In this document: positions 41,486-51,989 of the stretch, in pieces
Position numbering within the stretch: the first letter of the stretch is position 1
Layout: every line of letters starts with the position of its first letter
DNA from: an uncultured delta proteobacterium
GTDB taxonomy: Bacteria; Desulfobacterota; Binatia; UBA9968
DNA: 64,000 nucleotides
Direction: 5' to 3'
NCBI GenBank assembly: GCA_963755715.1
Contig: CAVWLW010000025.1
Coordinates: 94,367 to 158,366 of the forward strand
The notes under the pieces: model-generated
What the model saw: the letters and a program-made list of their open reading frames with translations, nothing else
Databases searched by the model: none
What the model was told of the DNA's origin: nothing
Program-made: the position numbers and the translations under genes

Positions 41486-42911
41486 TTATTTCGATTGGGT
41501 TTTCGGCCCGCTGGTATCGGTATGGGTCGTCCTGTTGGCGCCATCTGGCTGGCCGACGGTGCCCACCTTGACCGGCGTCGGAGCCGCGGGGACTCTAAAA
41601 AAATAGAAACCGCCCAGCACCAAAGCTAGGACGGCAAATGCGCCGAGGGCGGCCATCTTGAAATTGATCGAGCTTTGAGGCGGATATAAATCGTACTCCC
41701 CATAATCCTTGATGATGCTTTTTAGCTGGCGGTCAAGTTCGCCATGTTTAGATAAGGCAGAAAGTTTTTTCTCTTTCGCGTCTGCGCCGGCTCTTGGCTT
41801 CTGCTTTTCCGGCGTGGCGATTGCCGGCAATTCGAACGCTTTAGTTTCCTCCCGGCTTGGCGTGGACATCAACGCCGGTAAGATGTGCGGCTCAACCGCC
41901 GGTAGCGAAGGTGTGCGCTGTTCGGAGTTAATTACCGCTATCTGGGTTGACGGTGGATTGGACGAGTCAACTGGCGCAAGCTGGGTCTCGCTCTCGATTA
42001 CACTGGGTAGACTGGGCTCCGGTTTCGACGGTAGTTCGACCGGCGGCGCGCCGACAGATGAAATTCTGAACTCGCCGTACGTTTCGATCAAGTCACTTAA
42101 AAATCGCTCATCGAAGGCACCCGCCGATTTACTCGACGGGGTAGCTTCCTTGCTTTGATGGCTGCCCGTTTCGATCGATGCCCCGATCACTGATGGATCC
42201 TGGGTAACAAGCACTTCCCCGACTGGCGAGCCGCCAAGCTCAAAGTCGCCCAAGCGAGCGGTAACCACTTCTTGGAACCCATCCAGCTTATCCTCAGTCG
42301 AGAATGTCCATTCTTCAGACTGAACGCTTTCACGTGGCTCGCTAACGCTCGTAACAGGCGCTCCCATTGGTTCAGCCGACGTTTCGAAAAGGCACTGAGG
42401 GCTTTTCCACGGCCGGTTCGGATGACGGTGTCATCGTGGCATCGAATTCAGGCAGGCTCCTTTCTGGCGGGGAAATCGCGGAGCTTAATGTACCGGTGTC
42501 CAAATCGAGGGAAATTGACTCGGCGCCGGCCTTGGCCGCCTGCATGAGACGGTGCAAGCGAATAAGCTTGCTCGCTTGGATAATCGCGTGTAACTGGGGA
42601 TGATTTTCTAATCCATCCGGCGCAATCTGCTCAAAATTCTCTTCCGGGATTTCGCTGATTAGAAGATTTGCCGACGCAACGAACTGTTTCAGCGCGGCGA
42701 GGGTTTCCAGTTTGATCTGTAATTGCGAGAGTTCGAGAACTAGGCTCTTAGCATTCCCTTCAGTCCGAACTACGTCTTCGACGGAAAAATCTTCTAGTCT
42801 CTGCTGTAAACCCTGGATGGATGTGAGGACTTTGCCGAATCCCATAGTGCTTGAAACAGGGGAATTCTGTGGCGTCTCTGGGCGCGCTTCTTGTTTCTTT
42901 GCCGGGAGCAT
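41486..42911 (-). CDS. Membrane-anchored low-complexity hypothetical protein; probably one gene split by a frameshift ~42385
   Basis: Removing one base from the AAAA run joins VEKPSVP-FETSAEP-MGAPV. Coiled-coil N-terminus, Pro/Ser-rich middle, C-terminal TM. Confidence 0.65.
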
Positions 42912-42973
42912 TGAGTACTCGGAATCCCTATTCCGAATGATAATTTCTGAACTGGAACACTTGTCCTCAACTA

Positions 42974-42989
42974 AGCAAAACAGTTGCCA
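42974..42989 (-). promoter_or_regulatory. sigma54 promoter
   Basis: TGGCAACTGTTTTGCT on the minus strand, about 60 bp upstream of ATG 42911. Confidence 0.8.
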
Positions 42990-43366
42990 TAAATACCCAT
43001 CCTGAAACGGCTGTGTTTTCCAGCAATCTAAAGAACGTTATGGGTACAAATACTAGATAGTGCCACGAATTCTGTTCAGGGCGAACAAAATTGTACGTCC
43101 AAAAAGGAAGCTATGTTTTTGGTTTTCTTACGAAAAAAGACAGGCAATTACCAAAATCTGTCTCTGGATATTGAGGCACATTCGATAACGCCCGAAAAAG
43201 TCCGTGAGAAATCATGAAGGCGATCGGCGGAACCGTAAACTTGGATCATGCCCGATGGCGACGTTTCTCTAGGCGCGCTGTTGGGCTGTGCCAAGACGGT
43301 CGAGAATGAAGGATCGATATGATGAAGGTTGCGCCGTCGGACTACGAGCGCGCGAGAGTGGACGGG

Positions 43367-44647
43367 TTAGGTGGCCATCTCAAACTTTTCCAGCTTTCGG
43401 TAAAGGGTGCGGGTGGATATACCGAGCGCTTCTGCGGCCTTGGCTTTGTTGCCGTTGGTCTGGCGCAGCGCATCTTCGATTACGCCGCGTTCCCCTTCTT
43501 CGATGTTGCGGATCGCCTTCGTGCCGATTTCCTCGCGCCGACCGGTGGCATAGTGCTGCAAGTTCATGGGCAAATCGCCGATTGTAATATAATCGCCGTC
43601 GGAAACCATCACGGAGCTTTCAATGACACTTTTGAGTTCCCGGATGTTGCCGGGCCAAGGATAGTCGAGAAATAGTGCCTTGGCGGAGCTGGTTAGTTTT
43701 TTTAGCGGTTTGTGAAACTGACTGCAGGCCTGGTAAACGAAATTCGCGATCAACAGAATCATGTCCTCTCGGCGTTCGCGCAACGCCGGCAGGATGATGC
43801 GGGCGCTGTTTAGGCGAAAGTAGAGGTCCTTGCGAAAACCCGTCCCTTGGATGGCTTCCTCGAGTTCTTTATTGGTGGCGGCGATGATTCGAACATCGCT
43901 CATCTTCGGCGTCGGTTCGCCAACCCGGTAATATTGGCGGGTTTCGAGAAAACGCAAAAGTTTGAGCTGGATCGACGGCGCCAAGTCGCCGATCTCGTCG
44001 AGAAACAGCGTGCCGCCTTCGGCCGCCTCGATGAAGCCTTTCTTGTTTCGGTCGGCGCCGGTAAAAGCGCCCTTGACATAACCGAACAATTCGCTTTCCA
44101 CCAAGGTCTCCGGAATCGCTGTCATGTTGCAACCCACGAAGGGTTTATCGGCGCGCGGGCCATGAGAGTGAATGTACTGCGCCATCACTTCTTTGCCGGT
44201 GCCGGTCTCGCCCGTGATCAACACCGTGATGTCGTGCATCCCATATCGATTGGCGAGATTCAAAACTTCATGAAACTGTGGCGTGTCGCCGATCATCGTC
44301 GGCGATTTAATTGCGTGAGGGTGGCTGGGATCCGCGGGTGTATGATTGACGTGCCCGAACAGTCCGTAAAGTCCTTGTAGATGGTGTGGATCGTAACAAA
44401 TAAGCGCGAGATTGGTGCAGTTCTCTTTCAACCGCGTGGTGAAACCGTTCCAAGTCGCGCCCTGGCAAACCGCGAGCTCCGCGAAGATAAACTTCTGCTG
44501 ATCGATAGGAAAAGCCGTGAGCACGCGCTCGGCTTCTTCAATAGTGCGGCTCAGGTGAACTGAACAATCGCGCGCTTCGACAAGTTTGGAAATGCCCGCA
44601 AGCGGTGCTTCCGTTGAATGAATGATGAGCGCTAGCGGTTTCACCAT
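43367..44647 (-). CDS. sigma54-dependent activator (bEBP) with atypical receiver-like N-terminus and Fis-type HTH
   Basis: [64 protein letters not shown]. Start at MVKPLAL. Confidence 0.93.
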   Translation of the reverse strand: MVKPLALIIHSTEAPLAGISKLVEARDCSVHLSRTIEEAERVLTAFPIDQQKFIFAELAVCQGATWNGFTTRLKENCTNLALICYDPHHLQGLYGLFGHVNHTPADPSHPHAIKSPTMIGDTPQFHEVLNLANRYGMHDITVLITGETGTGKEVMAQYIHSHGPRADKPFVGCNMTAIPETLVESELFGYVKGAFTGADRNKKGFIEAAEGGTLFLDEIGDLAPSIQLKLLRFLETRQYYRVGEPTPKMSDVRIIAATNKELEEAIQGTGFRKDLYFRLNSARIILPALRERREDMILLIANFVYQACSQFHKPLKKLTSSAKALFLDYPWPGNIRELKSVIESSVMVSDGDYITIGDLPMNLQHYATGRREEIGTKAIRNIEEGERGVIEDALRQTNGNKAKAAEALGISTRTLYRKLEKFEMAT

Positions 44648-44652
44648 CAGCG

Positions 44653-46105
44653 CTACTCGGGAGTCGATGTCGTTGGTAGGATCACCATGTTTTCGAGGGA
44701 ATCGGCGAGGAGCTGGCGCGAGATTTTCGGCGGCGTGCCGAGGTAATTGCAAGCGGCGATGACGTGCTCGGCAATGAACTTGGGGTGAAATCCGGCGAAG
44801 GGAATTTTGTACTTGATGTAGAACGTGTTGAGCAAATAGGCCATGGTTTCTTCGGAAAATTCTAACCCATAGGAGTCGCAAATCCGCTGGAAGATTTCCT
44901 TGAATTCGTCCGCGGTGGGCGGATTGATCTTCATCTTGTAGTGAACGCGGCGCAGCTGGGCCGGGTCCATGAGTTCCTCGGGTGGAAAGTTCGTAGCGAA
45001 TATTACCAGTTGATCGAACAACAACGCAAACTTTTTTCCGGTATGAAGAGTCATATAGTCGATTTTTCGCTCCAGCGGGAAAATCCAGCGGTTCAATAGC
45101 TCGTGCGGGCGCACGCGCTGACGGCCGAAGTCGTCGATCACGAAGATACCGCCGATCGCCTTCATCTGCAGTGGCGCCTCGTAATATTTCGAGTGCGGGT
45201 CAAAATCCAGATCGAGCATTTCGAGCGTTAATTCTCCGCCGGAGATAATGTAGGGCCGCCGGCAGCGCACCCAACGTGGATCATGTTCGAGGTGGGGAAG
45301 AAAGATCGGATTCGAGGCTCCGTTGTCTCCGTTGTTATTTGAAAACAACACGTGAACTGAGGGATCGTAAACCTTGATGATCTGTCCATCCGCTTCGACC
45401 GCGTAGGGGATATAGACCGGCTGCTCGAAGGCGCCGACGAGCGCTTCGGCGATCGACGTCTTGCCGTTGCCCGCTGATCCATAGATCAGGATGGCGCGCC
45501 CGGAATTCGACGCCGGCCCGAGTCGGCGGACGATTTCCTCGGAGAGCACGAGGTGTGACATCGCCTTTTTGAGCTTCTCGATGCTGATCACTTCGTTGGT
45601 GATCGTCTGTTTTTGAACCTGAGTTTGGTAAGTTTCGAGCGGTATGGGAACCGGACCGATGTATTCGCAGCGCCGCAGTGCTTCGCTCGCTCGCTCTCTG
45701 CCGGCATTGGTGAGCGCATAGCGCATAATGTTGTAGTTTTTCTCAGACGGACCGCGGATCTCTACAAGCGCTTCTTTTTTAGCAAAAGTTAAAAGCTCTT
45801 CGACAACCCAGCGGGTCAGTTTGATCTGTTCGGAGAGCTCGGGGATCGTTTGCAACGCCGAGATGTACATGGTCCGGAGCAAGGAATTCAACAGAAAATT
45901 GCCGTCAAGCCCGGTGTCCGTAATGTTTTTTGCGACTGGGGGTGGCTCTTGAAGAATGGCTTCCAGATCGCCGCGGCTGATGAAATCCGAGGGCGACGAG
46001 GTTATCGCCGAGACGGCCGCCGGCAATCTTTTGCTGCTGAAGAACTGCTTTGAGCTGCTCCTCGCTAATGATGCCTTTGGCTAGTAGAAGTTCGCCGATC
46101 GCCAT
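44653..46105 (-). CDS. AAA ATPase with N-terminal MshEN (c-di-GMP-binding) motif; frameshift ~45985
   Basis: IGELLLAKGIISEEQLKAVLQQQ-RLGDNLVALGFISRGDLEAILQE; Walker A GSAGNGKT; Walker B VIDDFGRQ. Confidence 0.82.
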
Positions 46106-46188
46106 ACAAATGGTTCTCGTTCAAAAAAAAACTTGTTTTTCAGACCCGTAGCAACTATATTCTGGTATATTCCACAAAAAGACGTTTC

Positions 46189-46216
46189 ATTATAGGTAAT
46201 CGGGAAAACGTGTCAA
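46189..46216 (-). promoter_or_regulatory. sigma70 promoter for the MshEN-ATPase/bEBP pair
   Basis: TTGACA-16bp-TATAAT on the minus strand. Confidence 0.75.
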
Positions 46217-46256
46217 GAAAACATTCACTTCCGCTCAGTCGAGCGAGGGAGATTGC

Positions 46257-48542
46257 ATGATAATAGCCCGAATCTGCTTCATTTTTTTGGTGCTTCCAGG
46301 GCTTATCAGTGGCTGTGCACTAATGGACGAGGGCGCTTCAAAAAAGCCAGCCACCAGCGGATTCACTGCCACGCCAGCGTCGTATTACAGCACTTCAAAA
46401 GCGAAGTATCTCGGCACGAAGTATAAAGACAACCTGGATCGCATCGTTGAGCGGATCGTGCGCAGTCCCAAGACCGCCAGTCTCCAATTCGCTAATAATA
46501 TTTCATCGGTCGGCGGCATCGGATTCTTTACCCATTCGGCGACAAAAACTCCCGACGAGCGTTATTTGGAAGTTGTGCTCGCGACCCCGGAAACTTTTGA
46601 AACCAAGGGCGAGTACAGCGAAAAAATTCACCAGCTCTTTTCGCGCTATGGCTTCGACTTGCTCAGCAGTCTCAGCGGCGACAGCGAAATCTATCAAGAC
46701 CGTGAACTCAGCGGCTACGGTCTGAATCTCGCTTGGCGCACCGTCATTACGGAACCGAGCGGCAACCGAGTCGGGATGGCGCGTGCAATCATTTATTTTC
46801 CGAAGGATAAAGTTCGACGTTTCTTGCGCGAGGAAATAAAACAAAATGATTTGCTTCAGGACGCGGTGATTTTCGGCGAGGAAGAAAACGGCCCGCTTGC
46901 ACTGGTCTCGTACCGGCCGCAAAATCCCCAACCGGATTTTCGCCCGGCTATCCGCGAGGACAATTTAGCTTCGCTATCGACCGAAACGAAACCGGCGCGA
47001 ACCACAACCGCGCCGTCGCCAGCGAAAGAGCCGGCTGGGAAAATCAATCAAAAGGCGGAGAGCGAAAAAAAAGAAACAGCGGCCAAAGAAGTTGAACCGC
47101 GCCTCGCCGCGAAGCCGAGCCCGTCCGATACCAAGGCGGAAGTCAAAGCAACGCCCCCGGCGGCGCCGAAAAATAGTCCGACAAATTCACCAGCGAATGG
47201 CATATCCAATAGCTCCGGTGAAAGAGCCGTGCCGCCACGCGATAACGTTGGCGCCGAAGAAATTACGCACGGCGCTGCCGCCGAAACGGCCGGCCCAGTC
47301 GCGCCAGCGGCCGAGTTAAAACCGGAGCCGTCGTTAGTGCCGCCTCCCCAAGCGGCTCCGGCGCCAGTCGTGTCAGCGCCCGCCCCAATTGTTGCGGCGA
47401 AGGCTATTGAAATACCGAGCGGCGATCCACTTCCGGTCGCGTTACCGTCGATTGTTGAGACGCCGGAGAAATCGCTGCCGACTCCACAGGATGACAAAGC
47501 GGAAAAGCCGCTCCCGGACGAAATCAAACTCGCGACGCCAAAACCATCGCCCGAAACGAAGCGGAATGAGGCGGATCTGAAACCAATCAGAGAACCGCAG
47601 AACGCCGCGGCATTGGCCATGCCGTCGAAACCTGTGGAAAACAGGTCCGAGCCAAAGCGCGTCGTAGAAATAAAAGCGCCGGAAATTGTCGCAGCGCCCA
47701 CGATGGTCGCGAAATTGCCGGAACCGATTCCTGCGATGAAAGAAGAACCGCCGGCGCCCGTTGCCGAAACGATACGACCGGAAAAAACAGCACCGGAGAC
47801 GAAAGCAGCGTTGCCGGCACCGACTTCATCAAAGCGACAGCAAGAAATTCCAGTCAAGCCAAGTGAGTCCATCGCAGTATCGGTGCCCGAACAAAAGGTG
47901 GCGCAATCGCTTCGCGCGACCGAAGAAAAAGGTCCGATGCCGGCGAAAGCGACGGCTGCAGTCGAGATGCAGCCGATCATTGCAGCAAAGATAGAGGCGC
48001 CAAAAGAAAAAAAAACGGAGACAAAACCGCTTGAGCCGAGTGCCGCGGCGAAAACTACGCCAGCGCCGGCGCCGATCGTTCAGGCGGCATTGCCTACCGT
48101 GACGCCGAGCCCAGCCAAGAGCGAGCCCGCGGTTGTTGCACCTGTACCCGCGACGACCGCTACACCGGTCGAACCAAAAGCAATAGAAAAACCGGCCGGT
48201 GAACAGCTCGCCCTAGTCAGAAAAAACCCGATCGAAATGATGCCGGAGAACAAGGCCTTGATCCAGCCGCCGCCAAAAGCCTTGGAAGGCTTTATCATCC
48301 AACTGGCGTTTCAAGACAAAGACAAAGCACAGCATTGGGCGGAGAATATGCAGCGGCGCGGCTATGCGGTCTCGATCACGGAGGCTGGCGTAGACGGCGC
48401 GCTTCGCGTACGTCTGGGAAATTTTGCGTTACGAGATGACGCCGAACGGCAATTGCGAAGCTTCAAACAAGACGGCATCAACGGCATTATTATCAATTTG
48501 CCCCAAGCGTTTCGCCCCGAAGCGCGCAGCTCCATGCCGTAG
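46257..48542 (+). CDS. Lipoprotein with long Pro/Ala/Lys/Glu linker and C-terminal SPOR domain
   Basis: Lipobox LISGC; FIIQLAFQDKDKA...LRVRLGNFALRDDAER. Confidence 0.75.
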   Translation: MIIARICFIFLVLPGLISGCALMDEGASKKPATSGFTATPASYYSTSKAKYLGTKYKDNLDRIVERIVRSPKTASLQFANNISSVGGIGFFTHSATKTPDERYLEVVLATPETFETKGEYSEKIHQLFSRYGFDLLSSLSGDSEIYQDRELSGYGLNLAWRTVITEPSGNRVGMARAIIYFPKDKVRRFLREEIKQNDLLQDAVIFGEEENGPLALVSYRPQNPQPDFRPAIREDNLASLSTETKPARTTTAPSPAKEPAGKINQKAESEKKETAAKEVEPRLAAKPSPSDTKAEVKATPPAAPKNSPTNSPANGISNSSGERAVPPRDNVGAEEITHGAAAETAGPVAPAAELKPEPSLVPPPQAAPAPVVSAPAPIVAAKAIEIPSGDPLPVALPSIVETPEKSLPTPQDDKAEKPLPDEIKLATPKPSPETKRNEADLKPIREPQNAAALAMPSKPVENRSEPKRVVEIKAPEIVAAPTMVAKLPEPIPAMKEEPPAPVAETIRPEKTAPETKAALPAPTSSKRQQEIPVKPSESIAVSVPEQKVAQSLRATEEKGPMPAKATAAVEMQPIIAAKIEAPKEKKTETKPLEPSAAAKTTPAPAPIVQAALPTVTPSPAKSEPAVVAPVPATTATPVEPKAIEKPAGEQLALVRKNPIEMMPENKALIQPPPKALEGFIIQLAFQDKDKAQHWAENMQRRGYAVSITEAGVDGALRVRLGNFALRDDAERQLRSFKQDGINGIIINLPQAFRPEARSSMP

Positions 48543-48621
48543 CTGGACGCGCGGTTGCAAGCATTGTTTTTAGTCGCGCAAGTCAGCGCACCCGGTGGTT
48601 TTCAACCGTTTAACTGCTAAC

Positions 48622-50064
48622 TCAGGACCTTAGTTTTTCACGCAGGATCTCGTTGACTTTCTGCGGGTTGGCCTTTCCCTGTGTCGCTTTCATGATTTGC
48701 CCGACAAAAAAGCCGAAGACTTTATCGTTGCCGGATTGATATTGAGCGATTTGTTTGGGATTGGCCGCGAGCACCTGATCGATAGCTGCCTCGATGCTGC
48801 CCAGATCTGAAAGTTGCTCCAGGCCTTTTTCGCTGACGATTTGCTGGGGCCCTTTATTCGAGTCGAGCATCGCTTCGAAAACCGTCTTGGCGATCTTGCC
48901 GCTGATCTTGCCCTGATCGATCATTTGCACCATTTGCGCTAAATTCGACGCCGCCAATGGCCAGCAGGCCAGATAGAGTTGCTCATCGAGCTTGCGCTCT
49001 TTCAGCACGCGGAACAAATCTCCAACGATCCAGTTACTGAGCGCCTTCGGGTTGGCGTGATCTTTCACGGCTTCTTCAAAATAATCCGCCACATCTTTTC
49101 TGCCGGTGAGGAGCTCCGCGTCATACGCGGAGAGTCCGTATTCATTGACGAAGCGTGCTTTGCGCGCGTTGGGAAGCTCGGGTAGCGCCGCGCGAACCTG
49201 CGCGATCCAGGCATCGTCGATCACCAGCGGCAGCAAGTCCGGGTCGGGAAAATAACGATAGTCGTGCGCCGATTCCTTCGAGCGCATGGAGCGGGTCTCT
49301 TCGCGGTGCTCGTCCCAGAGGCGAGTTTCCTGGACGAGCTTGCCGCCGTCGGAGAGAGTCTCGATTTGTCTCGCGATCTCGAATTCGAGCGCGCTTTCAA
49401 CGGCGCGAAACGAGTTCAAATTTTTAATCTCGATTTTGGTTCCCAAGGTCTCAGTGCCCTCGGGGCGCACCGAAACATTGGCGTCGCAGCGAAAGCTGCC
49501 TTCTTCCATGTTGCCGTCGCAGACACCGAGGTACTGAAGAATCGCTCTCAGTGTTTTGAGATAGGCGCCGGCCTCCGCGGTGGCGCGTAGGTCGGGCTCG
49601 CTGACGATTTCCAACAGCGGCACGCCGGCGCGATTGAGATCGACGAGGCTTGCGTCGCCATGAGCGTCATGGATGTTTTTCCCGGCATCTTCTTCCATGT
49701 GGATGCGCGTCAGGCGCACGCGCTTCAGCGTGCCATCCAATTCGACGTCGACGTAGCCGCCGGCGCAGACGGGCAACTCGTATTGGCTAATTTGATAACC
49801 CTTGGGCAAATCCGGGTAGAAGTAATTCTTGCGGGCGAGGATGCTCGACCGCGCGATTTCACAGTGGGCCGCCAGACCGGCTTTGATGGCGAATTCGACG
49901 ACTCGTTTGTTCAGCACCGGCAAAACACCGGGAAAACCAGCGCACACCGGACAGGTGTTCTGGTTGGGCTCCTGGCCAAACTGGGTCGAACAGCCGCAGA
50001 AGATTTTTGACTCTGTCAGTAGCTGAGCGTGGACTTCGAGACCAATGACGCTTTCGTATTTCAT
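48622..50064 (-). CDS. gatB: Asp/Glu-tRNA amidotransferase subunit B
   Basis: [44 protein letters not shown]. Confidence 0.97.
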   Translation of the reverse strand: MKYESVIGLEVHAQLLTESKIFCGCSTQFGQEPNQNTCPVCAGFPGVLPVLNKRVVEFAIKAGLAAHCEIARSSILARKNYFYPDLPKGYQISQYELPVCAGGYVDVELDGTLKRVRLTRIHMEEDAGKNIHDAHGDASLVDLNRAGVPLLEIVSEPDLRATAEAGAYLKTLRAILQYLGVCDGNMEEGSFRCDANVSVRPEGTETLGTKIEIKNLNSFRAVESALEFEIARQIETLSDGGKLVQETRLWDEHREETRSMRSKESAHDYRYFPDPDLLPLVIDDAWIAQVRAALPELPNARKARFVNEYGLSAYDAELLTGRKDVADYFEEAVKDHANPKALSNWIVGDLFRVLKERKLDEQLYLACWPLAASNLAQMVQMIDQGKISGKIAKTVFEAMLDSNKGPQQIVSEKGLEQLSDLGSIEAAIDQVLAANPKQIAQYQSGNDKVFGFFVGQIMKATQGKANPQKVNEILREKLRS

Positions 50065-50073
50065 GACGACAAT

Positions 50074-50140
50074 AAATTAAAAATGCAAAATTAAAAGATC
50101 TGTTCCAAATTTTCCATTTTCAATTCTGAATTTTTAATTT
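50074..50140. repeat. Inverted pair of AT-rich 7-bp tandem arrays overlapping the gatA stop
   Basis: AAATTAA AAATGCA AAATTAA ... ATTTTCC ATTTTCA ATTCTGA ATTTTTA ATTT. Confidence 0.7.
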
Positions 50141-51589
50141 GGGCTTTCTTTTGTGCCATTCCGTCGACTGCTCGTAATGATGCGCGACGCGAAGGATCGT
50201 CGCTTCGTCAAAGTGCTTGCCGATGATCTGCATACCGATGGGCATGCCTTCGCCGTCGAAGCCGCAGGGCAGCGAGAGCGCGGGCAAGCCCGCGAGGTTG
50301 ATTGAGATCGTGTAGATGTCCGAAAGATACATCTCCAGCGGGTCTTGAGTTTTTTCGCCGAGCTTAAATGCCGTCGTCGGTGCGGTCGGCGTGACGATCA
50401 CGTCGCAGCGTTTGAAGGCGGCGTCAAAGTCTTTTCGAATCAGCGTGCGCACCCGCTGGGCTTTGAGATAATAAGCGTCGTAGTATCCCGCGGATAACAC
50501 ATAGGTGCCGAGCATGATGCGCCGCTTGACCTCGGCGCCGAAACCTTCGTCGCGGCTGATCATGTAAGTTTCGATTAAGTCCTTCGCTGCGGCACGGTGG
50601 CCGTAGCGCATGCCGTCGTAGCGCGCAAGATTGGAGCTGGCTTCCGCCGTGGCTACGATATAATAAACGGCCACGGCGTACTCGGTGTGCGGCAGAGAAA
50701 TCTCTTCGATGATAGCGCCGTTCTTTTCGAGCTTGCCAATAGCGGCGCGCACGGCCTGTTCGACTTCCCTTTGCATGCCCGAAACGAAATACTCCTTTGG
50801 AATTCCCAGCCGAAGGCCTTTGATGTCGCCGGTCAGCATTGCCGAATAGCGCGGCACGGCTAAGTCCGCGGACGTCGAATCCGCCGGATCTCGGCCGGCG
50901 ACCGCTTCGAGCAGCAGCGCGCTGTCACGCACGTTTTTGGTCATCGGACCGACTTGGTCCATCGACGACGCGAAGGCGATGATGCCGTAGCGGCTGACCC
51001 GGCCGTAGGTAGGTTTAAGTCCGACGATGCCACAACAAGCGGCCGGCTGGCGAATCGACCCGCCGGTGTCAGTTCCGAGCGCCGCAATGCACAGATCGGC
51101 GGCGACCGCAGCAGCCGATCCTCCCGATGAGCCGCCCGGTATTCGCGCCAGGTTCCACGGATTGCTCGTCGGAAAAAAGGCCGAGTTCTCGGCCGACGAG
51201 CCCATGGCGAATTCATCGAGATTGGTCTTGCCGACGATTACCGCTCCGGTCGAGCGAAGCCGGTCGACGGTTGTAGCATCGTAGGGTGGCATGAAATCGC
51301 CGAGAATTTTTGAAGCGCAAGTGGTGCGCAAGCCTTTGGTGAGAAAATTGTCCTTCAGCGCGATCGGCACTCCCAAAAGCGCGGCGTGATCGGCGCTGCC
51401 TTTGAGTTCTTTATCCGCGCCGCGGGCTTGTTCCATAGCGGCATCGCGCGCCAAGGTTAAATAGGCATGGACCTTGTCGTCGGTGTCGGCAATCCGCTGA
51501 AAGACCGCTTCGGTCAGCTCCACCGAGCTAAGCTCACGCTTGCGCAGTTTGGCGCCGGCCTCGTGGAGCGTAAGCTGAGCGAAACTCAT
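50120..51589 (-). CDS. gatA: Amidotransferase subunit A
   Basis: [45 protein letters not shown]. Confidence 0.97.
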   Translation of the reverse strand: MSFAQLTLHEAGAKLRKRELSSVELTEAVFQRIADTDDKVHAYLTLARDAAMEQARGADKELKGSADHAALLGVPIALKDNFLTKGLRTTCASKILGDFMPPYDATTVDRLRSTGAVIVGKTNLDEFAMGSSAENSAFFPTSNPWNLARIPGGSSGGSAAAVAADLCIAALGTDTGGSIRQPAACCGIVGLKPTYGRVSRYGIIAFASSMDQVGPMTKNVRDSALLLEAVAGRDPADSTSADLAVPRYSAMLTGDIKGLRLGIPKEYFVSGMQREVEQAVRAAIGKLEKNGAIIEEISLPHTEYAVAVYYIVATAEASSNLARYDGMRYGHRAAAKDLIETYMISRDEGFGAEVKRRIMLGTYVLSAGYYDAYYLKAQRVRTLIRKDFDAAFKRCDVIVTPTAPTTAFKLGEKTQDPLEMYLSDIYTISINLAGLPALSLPCGFDGEGMPIGMQIIGKHFDEATILRVAHHYEQSTEWHKRKPKLKIQN

Positions 51590-51873
51590 TCGATGATCTT
51601 GGGAACTTTGAAAAATGTCCCGTCGCGATCGGGCGCGTTGGCCAATAGGGCATCGGCGTTCGGCCGATTGGTCACCCGATCTTCACGCAGTGTGTTGGTG
51701 ATATTCGCGGCATGGCTAAATAGGTCAACGTCCGCGGTATCGAGCTGATTCAATTTGTCCATATAGCCGAGGATGCGATCGAGCTCATCGGTCAAGCTGG
51801 ATTGTTCTTCCGGCGTCAACCGGAGTCTGGCCAAAACCGCGACCCGTTGAACTTCCTCGCGGGAAAGTTTCAT
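51586..51873 (-). CDS. gatC: Amidotransferase subunit C
   Basis: [25 protein letters not shown]. Confidence 0.95.
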   Translation of the reverse strand: MKLSREEVQRVAVLARLRLTPEEQSSLTDELDRILGYMDKLNQLDTADVDLFSHAANITNTLREDRVTNRPNADALLANAPDRDGTFFKVPKIIE

Positions 51874-51989
51874 GGAAATTTTCTAACACAAGGCTCCGAT
51901 CAATTCCAATCCAAGGACAGCCTGCCAGAGGCGCGATCAAGCGCAATTTTATTTGCAGTTAGAAGGCCTTTTGGCTACAACTGGGAACC

